Assembly (NCBI GenBank): GCA_964523165.1
Contig: CAZFXZ010000003.1
Location: 1 to 34,726, forward strand
Direction: 5' to 3'
DNA from: an uncultured Gammaproteobacteria bacterium
GTDB lineage: Bacteria > Patescibacteriota > Patescibacteriia > JACRDY01
Length of the DNA stretch: 34,726 nt
The position numbers and the translations under genes were made by a program. Each line of letters begins with the position of its first letter. Position 1 is the first letter of the stretch. The notes under the pieces were generated by a model. That model was not told where the DNA came from. It was given only the letters and a program-made list of their open reading frames with translations, and did not search any database. This document shows positions 1 through 8,295 of the stretch, piece by piece.

Positions 1-867
1 TAGCCGGTGTTTTTTGATCAGTTTTTTTATCACCGGGATGATGGTTTTTAGTTCGAGGTTTTCGTAATCTTTTTTCCGTAAAATGATCTTTAGATTTTGG
101 CCGCCAGCCAACATTTTGCCGACCGCACCATGTCGACCAAAATGACAAGTGGCGATTAGGTCAGCCAGGCCGGCCGGCGTACTGACAAAAGTTTGCGGCC
201 GACAACCCAGAGTTTGTAAAATGGTTTTTATCTCAGCGTTGATATTTTTTAATAATATTTTTTCGTCAATCTTATTTTTGGCTGACAGATAACAAAAAGC
301 CGTGGCGTAAAGTTGTTTCAAAACTCCCGACCATTCCACGCCGGCCACGTCGGTACTGTGTTGCAGTGTCAGATAGGGCGGGAAATTTAATAACGGTTTT
401 AGAGAGGTAAAAGATTTTTTGTCAGTAGCCAAGACGGCCGAGAATTTTTTGGCTAAAGTTTTATTTTTGGCCAAATTACCGACCAGCTGACTGGCAATAT
501 TCGGGCCGGCCAAAACGGCATAAGCAGTTGACCGTGGCAATTTTGCCCGTTGGCTGACGGCCTGACCACTGATCAGGCCCTTGGCGGCGTTGACGAAAAA
601 TTTTGGCTGGGCGGCACGAATGGCCGGCAAATAAGCTGGTAAAAATTTGCTCGGTAAAGCATTGACCACAATATCGCTATTTTTTAAAACCGCTTTTAAG
701 TTTTTACTTAACAAAACATTGTTGGGTAGTTTTCTGGCCGGACTAAATTTTTCCCAGACTTTAATGGTGATGTTTTTGTCAGCCCGATATTTTTTGGTCC
801 ACAATAAAACTAGGGCGCTGCCAAAGTCTCCGGCACCCAAAATAGCCAGCGTGGTTTTTTTGGCCAT
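1..867 (-). CDS. gpsA: NAD(P)H-dependent glycerol-3-phosphate dehydrogenase, 3' end cut by the window edge
   Basis: Hand translation of the minus strand from ATG (complement of 865-867) gives MAKKTTLAILGAGDFGSALVLLWTKKYRA, with a Rossmann GxGxxG at the N-terminus. Further on it gives LPRSTAYAVLAGPNIASQLV, which fits the GpsA layout. The frame stays open to position 1. It is absent from the ORF track because no stop lies inside the window. Confidence 0.75.
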   Translation of the reverse strand, partial: MAKKTTLAILGAGDFGSALVLLWTKKYRADKNITIKVWEKFSPARKLPNNVLLSKNLKAVLKNSDIVVNALPSKFLPAYLPAIRAAQPKFFVNAAKGLISGQAVSQRAKLPRSTAYAVLAGPNIASQLVGNLAKNKTLAKKFSAVLATDKKSFTSLKPLLNFPPYLTLQHSTDVAGVEWSGVLKQLYATAFCYLSAKNKIDEKILLKNINAEIKTILQTLGCRPQTFVSTPAGLADLIATCHFGRHGAVGKMLAGGQNLKIILRKKDYENLELKTIIPVIKKLIKKHRL

Positions 868-870
868 AGT

Positions 871-3444
871 TTAGTTGAACAAAAAGTTTACTTCGATTGT
901 TTGTTCGGCGCTGTTGCCGACGTCGTCAAAAGCTTTGGCGGTGAGCTGGTGAAAGCCATTAGTTTTGTCGACCAAGGAAATATTGAGACTAAAAGGTGCC
1001 GAGGTGGCGGTGCCCAGCGGACTACCGTCGAGCCAATATTCGACTCGCGTCAAACCGCGATTAGCCGAAGCCGTCACGGTCGCGTTTATAGAGTTGCTGT
1101 TGATGGTCTGGCCGTGGCTGGGAGAGGTGATGGTGATATTGGGTTTGTTGTCGGGAGTGTGAACGTCATCGTATTCTGTTGGGATAGGGTCGTTGCTCTC
1201 GACTAAGCCTTTTTTGGCTACCCATTTTCGGATGCCTTCTTCCCAAGTCCCAAACTGCGGATCAACCAACGGATTTTTGGGCGCTGGTCCGCGCGGATCG
1301 TCTTTATCGACGTAGTACAAAATCGTATGATGTTGAGAAAAGACACGCTCTTCGACGTAGTCGGGCGGTGTTAGCTCGGTGGCCAATTTGCCCGAAGCCT
1401 TGTCGATCTTAATTGGTGCAATGCCGGCAATTTCGCCGCGCAAAACCGGTTTGGTCGCGTCGTTAGCCGGCGGAGCGTTGAAGTATTCGACTGGTTTGTC
1501 AGCCAAAACTTCTTTCATAAATTGATTCCAGATCGGCGCGGCCACCACACTGCCATCGGCGCCGCGTTTCATGGCCGCATTGTCGCTGTTGCCGACCCAG
1601 ACTCCCGTAGCTAAGCTGGGCGTATAGCCCATCGTCCAAGCGTCGTGATAATCGTTGGTCGTGCCGGTTTTGGCGGCCACTGGTCGGCTGCCCAACGTTA
1701 AATAATTATTTTCACCAAAGATATAAGCTCGAGCGGCGTTGTCTGATAGCACGCTAGAAGTTAGGCGAAAAATTTCCGGTGATAAAACTTTTTTGGTTTC
1801 GACTTTTTCTCGTTCAAATAAAACCTTGCCGTTGGCGTCTTGGACTTTCAAAATCGCGACGGGCGGATGATATTCGCCTTCTTGGGCCATGGTCGCAAAA
1901 GCCGCTGTGTGTTCCAAAAGTTTTACTTCACCGCCACCCAAAACTAGAGACAGGCCAAAACGGCTGCGGTCTTTTAATGTCGTGTAGCCCAAGTCTTCAG
2001 CTAATTTTAAAGTATAATCAATGCCGGCTAAATATAATGTTTTGACGGCCGGAATGTTGAGTGAGCCAGCTAAGGCACTGCGCATGCTTACAGGACCGTG
2101 TTCACCGCCATCATAGTTGTGAGGGACGTAGTCCTGCATGTCCGTTTTGAAAACAGTTTCGACGTCATATAGAGTTGTTTCTGGCGTGTAGCCTTTAGAA
2201 AAAGCCGCCGTGTAAACCAAGGGTTTAAATGATGAACCGGGCTGGCGCGGTCGCAAGGCGACGTTGACCTGACCGTCGATATCTTCGTTGAAAAAATCAG
2301 CCGAACCAACCATAGCCATAATGTCGCCGGTCTTAGTGTCCAAAGAAACTAGGGCGGCATTACCGGCGTTGTATTTATCTTTATTATTTTGCCAATGATC
2401 AGCCACCGATTTTTCCGCCGCTTTTTGATAATCGACATCTAGTGTGGTCGTCACGCGCAATCCGCCTTCTTCGACAAAAGTTTCGCCGTATTGCTCAGCT
2501 AATAACTCGCGCACATACATGACAAAATGTGGCGCGATTAAACTTTCTTCTTTGGGTTTGAATTTTATCTCTTCGGCTTTGGCGGCGGCGGCTTGGTCTT
2601 TGCTAATATGATCAAATTTTACCAAACGATCCAAAATCCATTCTTGCCTGGCTTTTAATTCGTCGAGATGACTACCGTAGGGTGAAAAATAAGTTGGACG
2701 TTGTGGAATACCGGCCAACATTGCCGCTTCGGCTAGAGTTAAGTCTTTGGCTGATTTATCGAAAAAAGTTTGGGCGGCGGCTTCGATGCCGTAAACCACC
2801 GAGCCGTAGGGAATTTCGTTGAAATAAAGTTGTAAAATTTCGTCTTTGGCGAATTTCTTTTCGATCCGATAGGCTAAAATCAATTCTTTAAACTTGCGAA
2901 TGATGCTCCGTTCGTTGGTCAAGATAGCGTTTTTGACAAATTGTTGAGTGATGGTGCTGCCGCCCCGTTGTGGCCCGATGCCGATAGTGGCAAATCCGGC
3001 CTTGACGATACCACCAACGTCAAAACCTGAGTGGTTGTAAAAATTATCATCTTCGGCCACAATGCTGGCCCATTTAACATAGTCGGGCAAATCTTGAAGC
3101 TTGATCAGCTTGCGATTGATGTCGCCGTGTATTTGATACAAAACAGTTTCTTCTTTGCGATCCAAAATGGTTGTGCTTTGCTCGATGTTTCTTTCCAAAA
3201 GTTTTTGTGGGTCGGGCAAAAGACGTGATGTCCAAGCGTATAAAATCACCAAGCCAAAAAAGCCCACCACGGCCAAAATTAGGCCGGCAGAAATGGCGTA
3301 GTTGGTTAGCAGCTTGATTTGTTCACGACGATTGTGTTGCTGGTATGACAAACGACTAATTTTCCAACGACGTTTTTTGCCCAAACGACTGGGTTTGTCC
3401 AAGTCGTTGTGGGACTGAATGCGATTGAGTTGATTTAAAGGCAT
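871..3444 (-). CDS. ponA: Class A penicillin-binding protein (PBP1A-type transglycosylase/transpeptidase) with an extra C-terminal beta-rich domain
   Basis: 857-aa ORF with an N-terminal TM anchor. GT51 motifs: EDDNFYNHSGFD, GGSTITQQ, RKFKE. Transpeptidase motifs: SSFKP (SxxK), SLN (SxN), KTGTT (KTG). The last ~90 aa look like an Ig-like appendage. Confidence 0.93.
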   Translation of the reverse strand: MPLNQLNRIQSHNDLDKPSRLGKKRRWKISRLSYQQHNRREQIKLLTNYAISAGLILAVVGFFGLVILYAWTSRLLPDPQKLLERNIEQSTTILDRKEETVLYQIHGDINRKLIKLQDLPDYVKWASIVAEDDNFYNHSGFDVGGIVKAGFATIGIGPQRGGSTITQQFVKNAILTNERSIIRKFKELILAYRIEKKFAKDEILQLYFNEIPYGSVVYGIEAAAQTFFDKSAKDLTLAEAAMLAGIPQRPTYFSPYGSHLDELKARQEWILDRLVKFDHISKDQAAAAKAEEIKFKPKEESLIAPHFVMYVRELLAEQYGETFVEEGGLRVTTTLDVDYQKAAEKSVADHWQNNKDKYNAGNAALVSLDTKTGDIMAMVGSADFFNEDIDGQVNVALRPRQPGSSFKPLVYTAAFSKGYTPETTLYDVETVFKTDMQDYVPHNYDGGEHGPVSMRSALAGSLNIPAVKTLYLAGIDYTLKLAEDLGYTTLKDRSRFGLSLVLGGGEVKLLEHTAAFATMAQEGEYHPPVAILKVQDANGKVLFEREKVETKKVLSPEIFRLTSSVLSDNAARAYIFGENNYLTLGSRPVAAKTGTTNDYHDAWTMGYTPSLATGVWVGNSDNAAMKRGADGSVVAAPIWNQFMKEVLADKPVEYFNAPPANDATKPVLRGEIAGIAPIKIDKASGKLATELTPPDYVEERVFSQHHTILYYVDKDDPRGPAPKNPLVDPQFGTWEEGIRKWVAKKGLVESNDPIPTEYDDVHTPDNKPNITITSPSHGQTINSNSINATVTASANRGLTRVEYWLDGSPLGTATSAPFSLNISLVDKTNGFHQLTAKAFDDVGNSAEQTIEVNFLFN

Positions 3445-3481
3445 AAAGGCTTAACTTTGCTAATTATAATGGAAAAGCCCC

Positions 3482-3509
3482 TTGACAACAAGTCGCAATG
3501 TTTTATACT
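3482..3509 (+). promoter_or_regulatory. Sigma70-type promoter for the GC-rich orphan gene
   Basis: TTGACA (3482-3487), 16-nt spacer, TATACT (3504-3509). It is followed by GGGAGG (3524-3529) and ATG at 3535. Confidence 0.6.
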
Positions 3510-3534
3510 GCGGCTATCTTTTTGGGAGGCTGAC

Positions 3535-4068
3535 ATGCACACGCACACGCCGGAAGCTCGTCGGGCCAAGCTTTTGGGGGATATCGACAGGTCGGTTTTG
3601 CCTGAAGGTGAAAAAACCGCCCTGAAAAATTTCCTGACATCTTGGGATCTGGCCAGCGCTCAGGATGCCGCCAACAAACTATTTTCCTATCTGGTTGTTT
3701 GGCTGGCTGGTTGGTCGTTCGTCGATCAAGACGACATGAAAGCGATCCGTCGACAAACGGTCCGAGTTCGCGAGGCGAAAATCAAAAAAACTCGTCATCG
3801 CACGAGTCAAAAAAATGTCCTGAGACCACATCTGCTGGCTCGGGCCGTTGGTCGGACGATGTGGTACACTTTGCGAGCCATCACCATCAAACGTTTGAGT
3901 GGCTGGACCGGCGAACAAGACACGATTGTCGTTGTCAAAACCGCCGTGGCTCTCAAGGTTTGGGACTATCGTCGCTCCGACAAGTGGCACGACCAAGAAT
4001 GGCTGATCGAGGCCACGGCCGCCTGGCTGCTGGTCTTCGAAGGCATGTTTTACGCTCAGAAATCCTGA
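3535..4068 (+). CDS. Hypothetical protein (GC-rich orphan 1, Trp-rich, no recognised domain)
   Basis: The ORF track gives 3457-4068 from a TTG start. I prefer ATG 3535 because the promoter lies at 3482-3509 and a GGGAGG SD box sits 5 nt upstream. The overlapping ORFs 3642-4106(+) and 3679-3996(-) are GC-driven shadows. Confidence 0.6.
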   Translation: MHTHTPEARRAKLLGDIDRSVLPEGEKTALKNFLTSWDLASAQDAANKLFSYLVVWLAGWSFVDQDDMKAIRRQTVRVREAKIKKTRHRTSQKNVLRPHLLARAVGRTMWYTLRAITIKRLSGWTGEQDTIVVVKTAVALKVWDYRRSDKWHDQEWLIEATAAWLLVFEGMFYAQKS

Positions 4069-4090
4069 TGTTTTGTCAGGATTTTTTTAT
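4061..4090 (+). terminator. Intrinsic terminator hairpin shared by convergent genes
   Basis: AATCCTGA (4061-4068), loop TGTTTTG, TCAGGATT (4076-4083), then a TTTTTAT run. The TGA stop of 3535-4068 lies in the left arm. The stop of the minus-strand ORF 4076-5014 lies in the right arm. On the minus side only TTT follows the stem. Confidence 0.6.
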
Positions 4091-5014
4091 TGGCCCAAAC
4101 AGTTGATCTAAAATATCTTGGCCGGGTTGTTGGGCGCGACCAAAATGCGGGAAATGATGTATGCGCAAACCCGGATCGGCGTTGACTTCAATGATCCGAC
4201 CAAAAGATTTTTTTATATCCGGCGAGATGACATCGATACCAACGACGGCTAGGTTTAAAAATTTGGCCACCGCCACGGCCTGAGCTTTGATCCGAGCGGG
4301 GAGTTGATCTGTCACGTCAACGGTCGTGCCGCCAGTGTGTAAATTGGCGGTCTTGCGCAGGTAGATAATCCGGTCTTTGACCGGCCGACTGGTCAAAGTC
4401 AAATGCTGTTCTTTGAGAAATTTTTTAGTCAAAGCGTCTTTGGGGATCTCGACTTTATAAATTAGTTTGGCCTGATTTTTTTGATCAATGAGTTGACTGA
4501 CTGTTTGTTGTCCGTCGCCAACGACATAGGCCGGCAAGCGCAAGATGCTGTAAACTTTTTGATAGTTGATGACCAAAAGGCGATAGTCTCGGCCGACCAG
4601 CATTTTTTCGACCAAAAAACTTTTTTTGTTAATTAGCTTAATGGCTTGACGCAAAGCTTGGGGTGTCGTGATATCAACGCTGATATTTTTACCTTGCTTA
4701 GACGATAATGGTTTGACGACAACGCGACGATGCTGGCGCAAAAATTTTTGCGCTTCGGCTAGGTGGTGGCAATATTTATTGAGGGCTGTCGGGAAGCCTC
4801 CGGCTTTTAGTAAGGCGATGGTGGCATATTTGTTTTTGGCGATCAGAGCTGATGCCGCGCCACTTTGGTCGCTCAAGACTCCGCCTAGGACTAAGCGATT
4901 TTTTTTACCTTGGCTAAACAAATAAAAGTTACCCAGCGGATCGAGACGCTTTATTTTGAGGCCACGGTCTTTAGCCAGTTTGGCCAAAAAGGCTGAATAA
5001 GGATTGCCGGTCAC
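4076..5014 (-). CDS. ATP-grasp ligase resembling the cyanophycin synthetase G-domain (paralog 2)
   Basis: 312 aa with a GTG start. VVVKPLSSKQGKNI, YRLLVINYQKVYSILRLPAYVVGDGQQTVSQLIDQKN, LRKTANLHTGGTTVDVTD and IIEVNADPGLRIHHFP are colinear with the ATP-grasp domain of CphA. No Mur-ligase-like domain is present. Confidence 0.7.
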   Translation of the reverse strand: MTGNPYSAFLAKLAKDRGLKIKRLDPLGNFYLFSQGKKNRLVLGGVLSDQSGAASALIAKNKYATIALLKAGGFPTALNKYCHHLAEAQKFLRQHRRVVVKPLSSKQGKNISVDITTPQALRQAIKLINKKSFLVEKMLVGRDYRLLVINYQKVYSILRLPAYVVGDGQQTVSQLIDQKNQAKLIYKVEIPKDALTKKFLKEQHLTLTSRPVKDRIIYLRKTANLHTGGTTVDVTDQLPARIKAQAVAVAKFLNLAVVGIDVISPDIKKSFGRIIEVNADPGLRIHHFPHFGRAQQPGQDILDQLFGPIKKS

Positions 5015-5017
5015 AAA

Positions 5018-6037
5018 TTATTTTTTCTTAGTTTTGGTTTCCGGGAAAAGCAGATCAATGATGGCGCCGGCGGCATCGCGTTGTTTGCCTTGATAAGGAT
5101 CGTGGTGCATCGAGACCATCGGCGAATCATTGAGTTCGATGATTATATATTGACCACGTTTTGGCGCTTTGGTCACGTCGGTGGTCAAAAAATCAATGCC
5201 AGCATAAGCTAGACCGGGGATGGCTCGGATGGTTTTGACCGCCAATTTTTTTACGGCCGGATGGACAGCGGTGGTCACATCAATACTATCGCCACCGGTA
5301 GACAGATTAGAGTTGCGACGCAAAAAAACAAACTGCCCAACTTGGGGTTTGGACCGCAAAGATAGTTTTTGTTCACGCAGGACGCGCTTGACTTCATCGT
5401 CGACGGTGATGCCGACTAAGGCGTGACCGTGATCAAAACCCCGACGCGGATCGCTATTTTTTATTTTGATCAATTCTTTAATGTTGTGATTACCGTCACC
5501 AATGACGTTGGCTGGTATGCGATGCGTTGCGGCTACAAATTTTTCTCGAGTGGCAAAAATCCGATATTCCAAACCCTTGAACTCTTTTTCCACCAAAAAA
5601 TGAGCATAGCGGGCCGCGACTTGCTTGATGGCCTTGGCTGTTTGCTTGGCGTCGTTAAGCCCAACAAACACCATTTTGCCTTGGATGCCGTCATGAGGTT
5701 TAACGACGACCGGAAAACCGATTTTTTTAGCATAAGCCAAAGCTTGATCGGCTTGACGTCGTCGAAAGGTTTGACCTTGAGCGGTGGCGATGCCATTTTT
5801 TTCCAGCAAGACTTTGGTGGCTTGTTTGTTTTTGGTCAGCCAATAAGCCACCGAGCCGGTTTGGTTGATGCGTTGGCCGACGATCACCTCAAAATGTTTT
5901 TTGTATTGCAGCTCGACCAAACTATGCTTGGCAAAAACGCCGCTGCTAAACATTTTTTTTACTTTGACACCTCGGCGTTCGGCTTCGGCGGCGATCAGAT
6001 AAGTGCTGTAGTGATTAAAATTACTTCTTTTTAGCAT
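5018..6037 (-). CDS. ATP-grasp ligase resembling the cyanophycin synthetase G-domain (paralog 1)
   Basis: 339 aa. LIAAEAERRGVKV, NKQATKVLLEKNGIATAQG, IGFPVVVKPHDGIQGKMVFVGL, RIPANVIGDGNHNIKELIKIKNSDPRRG, LRRNSNLSTGGDSIDVT and IIELNDSPMVSMHH give a CphA-like order of motifs. Confidence 0.72.
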   Translation of the reverse strand: MLKRSNFNHYSTYLIAAEAERRGVKVKKMFSSGVFAKHSLVELQYKKHFEVIVGQRINQTGSVAYWLTKNKQATKVLLEKNGIATAQGQTFRRRQADQALAYAKKIGFPVVVKPHDGIQGKMVFVGLNDAKQTAKAIKQVAARYAHFLVEKEFKGLEYRIFATREKFVAATHRIPANVIGDGNHNIKELIKIKNSDPRRGFDHGHALVGITVDDEVKRVLREQKLSLRSKPQVGQFVFLRRNSNLSTGGDSIDVTTAVHPAVKKLAVKTIRAIPGLAYAGIDFLTTDVTKAPKRGQYIIIELNDSPMVSMHHDPYQGKQRDAAGAIIDLLFPETKTKKK

Positions 6038-6872
6038 AAAGTCTGTGCAGGTAATTAATTATTTGGCCGGCCACGTCAATTTTTGTCACAGCCGTTAGTC
6101 TTTTAAATTTGGGACAACGATTTACTTCCAAGACTACCGCTTGGCCGGCCTGATCGACCATGATGTCGACGCCGGAAATGTCAAAACCCATGACTTGATG
6201 AGCGTGTCGAGCTAGGTCGGTGACATTTTTTGGTAAAATCGTTTTGTGGGCTCGATCCGACAATGATAATCCGGGATGTTGGCTCTGGTAGTGTAAACTA
6301 AAACGTCGCAAACCGCCAATTACTTGTGAGCCAACCATAAAGACTCGATAGTAATAATCACCGGCGATAAATTTTTGCCAGACAAAACGTCTTAGAGGTA
6401 GCGGTTTGTTTTTAAGCCAATTTTGCGCGGCTGGCCAATCCGGTAAAATAAAAACATGGCGACCGTGCATACCTTCTATATCTTTAGCCACGATTGGCCA
6501 ACCGATCCGAGAAAGCTTTTTTTGATTACAGTCGGACTGACGGCCAAAATGAATGGTGGTTGGGATGGCAACGTGATGTCGTTTGAGTTTTTGATACATC
6601 GCCAGTTTGTTAAAGCCCGGCCAGCCATCAGTCAGGATTTGGTCGACAATCAGGATTTTGTGGTGACGTAAAAATTTTAAAACGCTGGCGGTCTGGCGAT
6701 CGTGAGGCACGACACCGCGGATCAAGGCCATGTCATAATCCAGAGCAATCTTTTTTAACAAGGCGGTGTCGAGGACAGAAATAATTTTGGCCGTATGTCC
6801 GGCCTGACGAGCGGCCCGGACTAAAAGCTTATTTTCGACTGAAGTTGTCGGACCGACGATGAGAATTTTCAT
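6021..6872 (-). CDS. RimK-type ATP-grasp ligase (short form)
   Basis: 283 aa. GWPIVAKDIEGMHGRHVFIL, YYYRVFMVGSQVIGGLRRF and DISGVDIMVDQAGQAVVLEVNRCPKF fit the RimK family. It overlaps the next gene by 17 nt. Confidence 0.65.
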   Translation of the reverse strand: MKILIVGPTTSVENKLLVRAARQAGHTAKIISVLDTALLKKIALDYDMALIRGVVPHDRQTASVLKFLRHHKILIVDQILTDGWPGFNKLAMYQKLKRHHVAIPTTIHFGRQSDCNQKKLSRIGWPIVAKDIEGMHGRHVFILPDWPAAQNWLKNKPLPLRRFVWQKFIAGDYYYRVFMVGSQVIGGLRRFSLHYQSQHPGLSLSDRAHKTILPKNVTDLARHAHQVMGFDISGVDIMVDQAGQAVVLEVNRCPKFKRLTAVTKIDVAGQIINYLHRLYAKKK

Positions 6873-6873
6873 A

Positions 6874-8295
6874 CTATTTTTTAGTCGGGTCGATGAAAAA
6901 ATATTTCAAGTCTTTGCGGCCGATGATCATCGAGTAATTAAGTTGGGTGCGCTCGGCGATACTGACGACCGATTCGATCTTTTTACCGCCCAAGTTGAAA
7001 GACAAATTGACGGCCGGTCGAATAGTTTGACCGTTGGCCGAATAAACTATTTTGACGCTGGCGATGTCGGGGTTTATCAAGCGCAGTTCGTTGGTTAGCT
7101 GGGCGTCAAAATATTTTACTTCCTCGCGATCAAAATCCACCGGCTTGGGAAAATTGTCAAAGTCGGTTAGAAGTTTTTCGTAACCTAATTTTTTAGCCAA
7201 CTCGCGATCAATTGACGACGAGTCGGCGCCCGTGTCTATTTTGGCATTGACCAAATGTTTTTCGCCGGTTTGCGGATGAAAGATGGCGACTTTTTCGATC
7301 CGACCAATGACTTTGCGACCGGAAATTTCTTGGACTTCTTTTTCGATAACATTGCCAAACAAATCTTTGGCGATCTGAATAGCCTTGTTGTGATTGTTGA
7401 CCTTCAAACCCTCGACGCGCTGTAGGCGTAAATACAGAGGAGCCAAATTGGCGTTTTGGATACTCAGGCCCGGTCGGGCGTTAACTTCCAAAATTACCGG
7501 ACCGTGCTCTTTGTCAAAAGCAATGTCGATGCCGGCAAAACCCAAGCCGACAGCTTGGGCCGCTTCCAAAGCCAAGTGCAAAACGCGATCCCAGTTGGGG
7601 ATTTGCAAACCGCGTAATTTCAAATTAGTCCCGGGCAAAGTTTCGATCGGTCGCTCAAACCATTTGCCCTTGATGACGGCGTTTGTCGTTTGACCGGTGG
7701 CGATATCTAAACCGATACCAATACCACCCTGACTTAAATTGGCTCGGCCGCCGGATTTGCGAGTCGGTAGGCGAAACATGGCCATGATTGGGATGTTGTT
7801 GTAGACGATAACGCGAATATCGGGCAGGCCCTTGTGAGCATAAAGTTTGAAATCAGGATCAAGCTTGAGTCTTTCTTCAAAAAAGGCGACATCAGGTAAA
7901 CTGGCTTTATTAAATTCACCGTCGAGAATGTCTAAGATGTGACGAAACAAATCGTCGCGACTCATTTCTTGTCCGCCCAAACGAACCCAATTACCATTTT
8001 TCTTTTGGCCGTAGGCGATAACAATACCTTCGCCCATCATGCCCAAGGCCGGCTTTAAGACAAAACTTTTGGGCAACTTGTCCCAGTCAAAATTAAACAA
8101 ATCAACACGACGCCTAATGACGGCGATGGTTTTGGGTACCGGGACCTTGGCTTTGATCAAAACTTTTTTAGTCTGAAGTTTGTGGTCGGCAATTTGAATA
8201 GCGTCGGCAAAATTGTTGGGCCGCAAAAACAGCAAACTACGAGCGTTGATGCCCAGCAAGTTATTGCTGGGGTTGAGTTTGTTTAGCATGGGCAA
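6874..8295 (-). CDS. RimK-related alpha-L-glutamate-ligase-like ATP-grasp fused to a C-terminal retropepsin-like (PF05618-type) domain
   Basis: The N-terminal ~320 aa carry GLPDIRVIVYNNIPIMAMFRLPTRKSGGRANLSQGGIGIGLD and ILEVNARPGLSIQNAN, as I recall for TIGR02291/PF14397-type ligases. The C-terminal ~140 aa carry AKIDTGADSSSI (a DTGA aspartic-protease signature) and IIGRKDLKYFFIDP. The track start at 8295 is TTG. ATG at 8289 (MLNKLNP...) is the more likely start. Confidence 0.72.
   Translation of the reverse strand: MPMLNKLNPSNNLLGINARSLLFLRPNNFADAIQIADHKLQTKKVLIKAKVPVPKTIAVIRRRVDLFNFDWDKLPKSFVLKPALGMMGEGIVIAYGQKKNGNWVRLGGQEMSRDDLFRHILDILDGEFNKASLPDVAFFEERLKLDPDFKLYAHKGLPDIRVIVYNNIPIMAMFRLPTRKSGGRANLSQGGIGIGLDIATGQTTNAVIKGKWFERPIETLPGTNLKLRGLQIPNWDRVLHLALEAAQAVGLGFAGIDIAFDKEHGPVILEVNARPGLSIQNANLAPLYLRLQRVEGLKVNNHNKAIQIAKDLFGNVIEKEVQEISGRKVIGRIEKVAIFHPQTGEKHLVNAKIDTGADSSSIDRELAKKLGYEKLLTDFDNFPKPVDFDREEVKYFDAQLTNELRLINPDIASVKIVYSANGQTIRPAVNLSFNLGGKKIESVVSIAERTQLNYSMIIGRKDLKYFFIDPTKK

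Noticed and set aside
3642-4106. The 154-aa plus-strand ORF and the 105-aa minus-strand ORF (3679-3996), both overlapping orphan 1.
   Set aside because: Neither has promoter or SD support. Both are Arg/Ser/Gly-rich, as expected for out-of-frame readings of GC-rich DNA. The 3535-4068 frame has a promoter, an SD box and a terminator.
5423-6034. The 203-aa plus-strand ORF antisense to the CphA-like ligase, and similar antisense ORFs at 901-1206 and 7394-7693.
   Set aside because: The opposite frames carry clear family motifs (ATP-grasp, PBP). These antisense ORFs have no signals or recognisable content.
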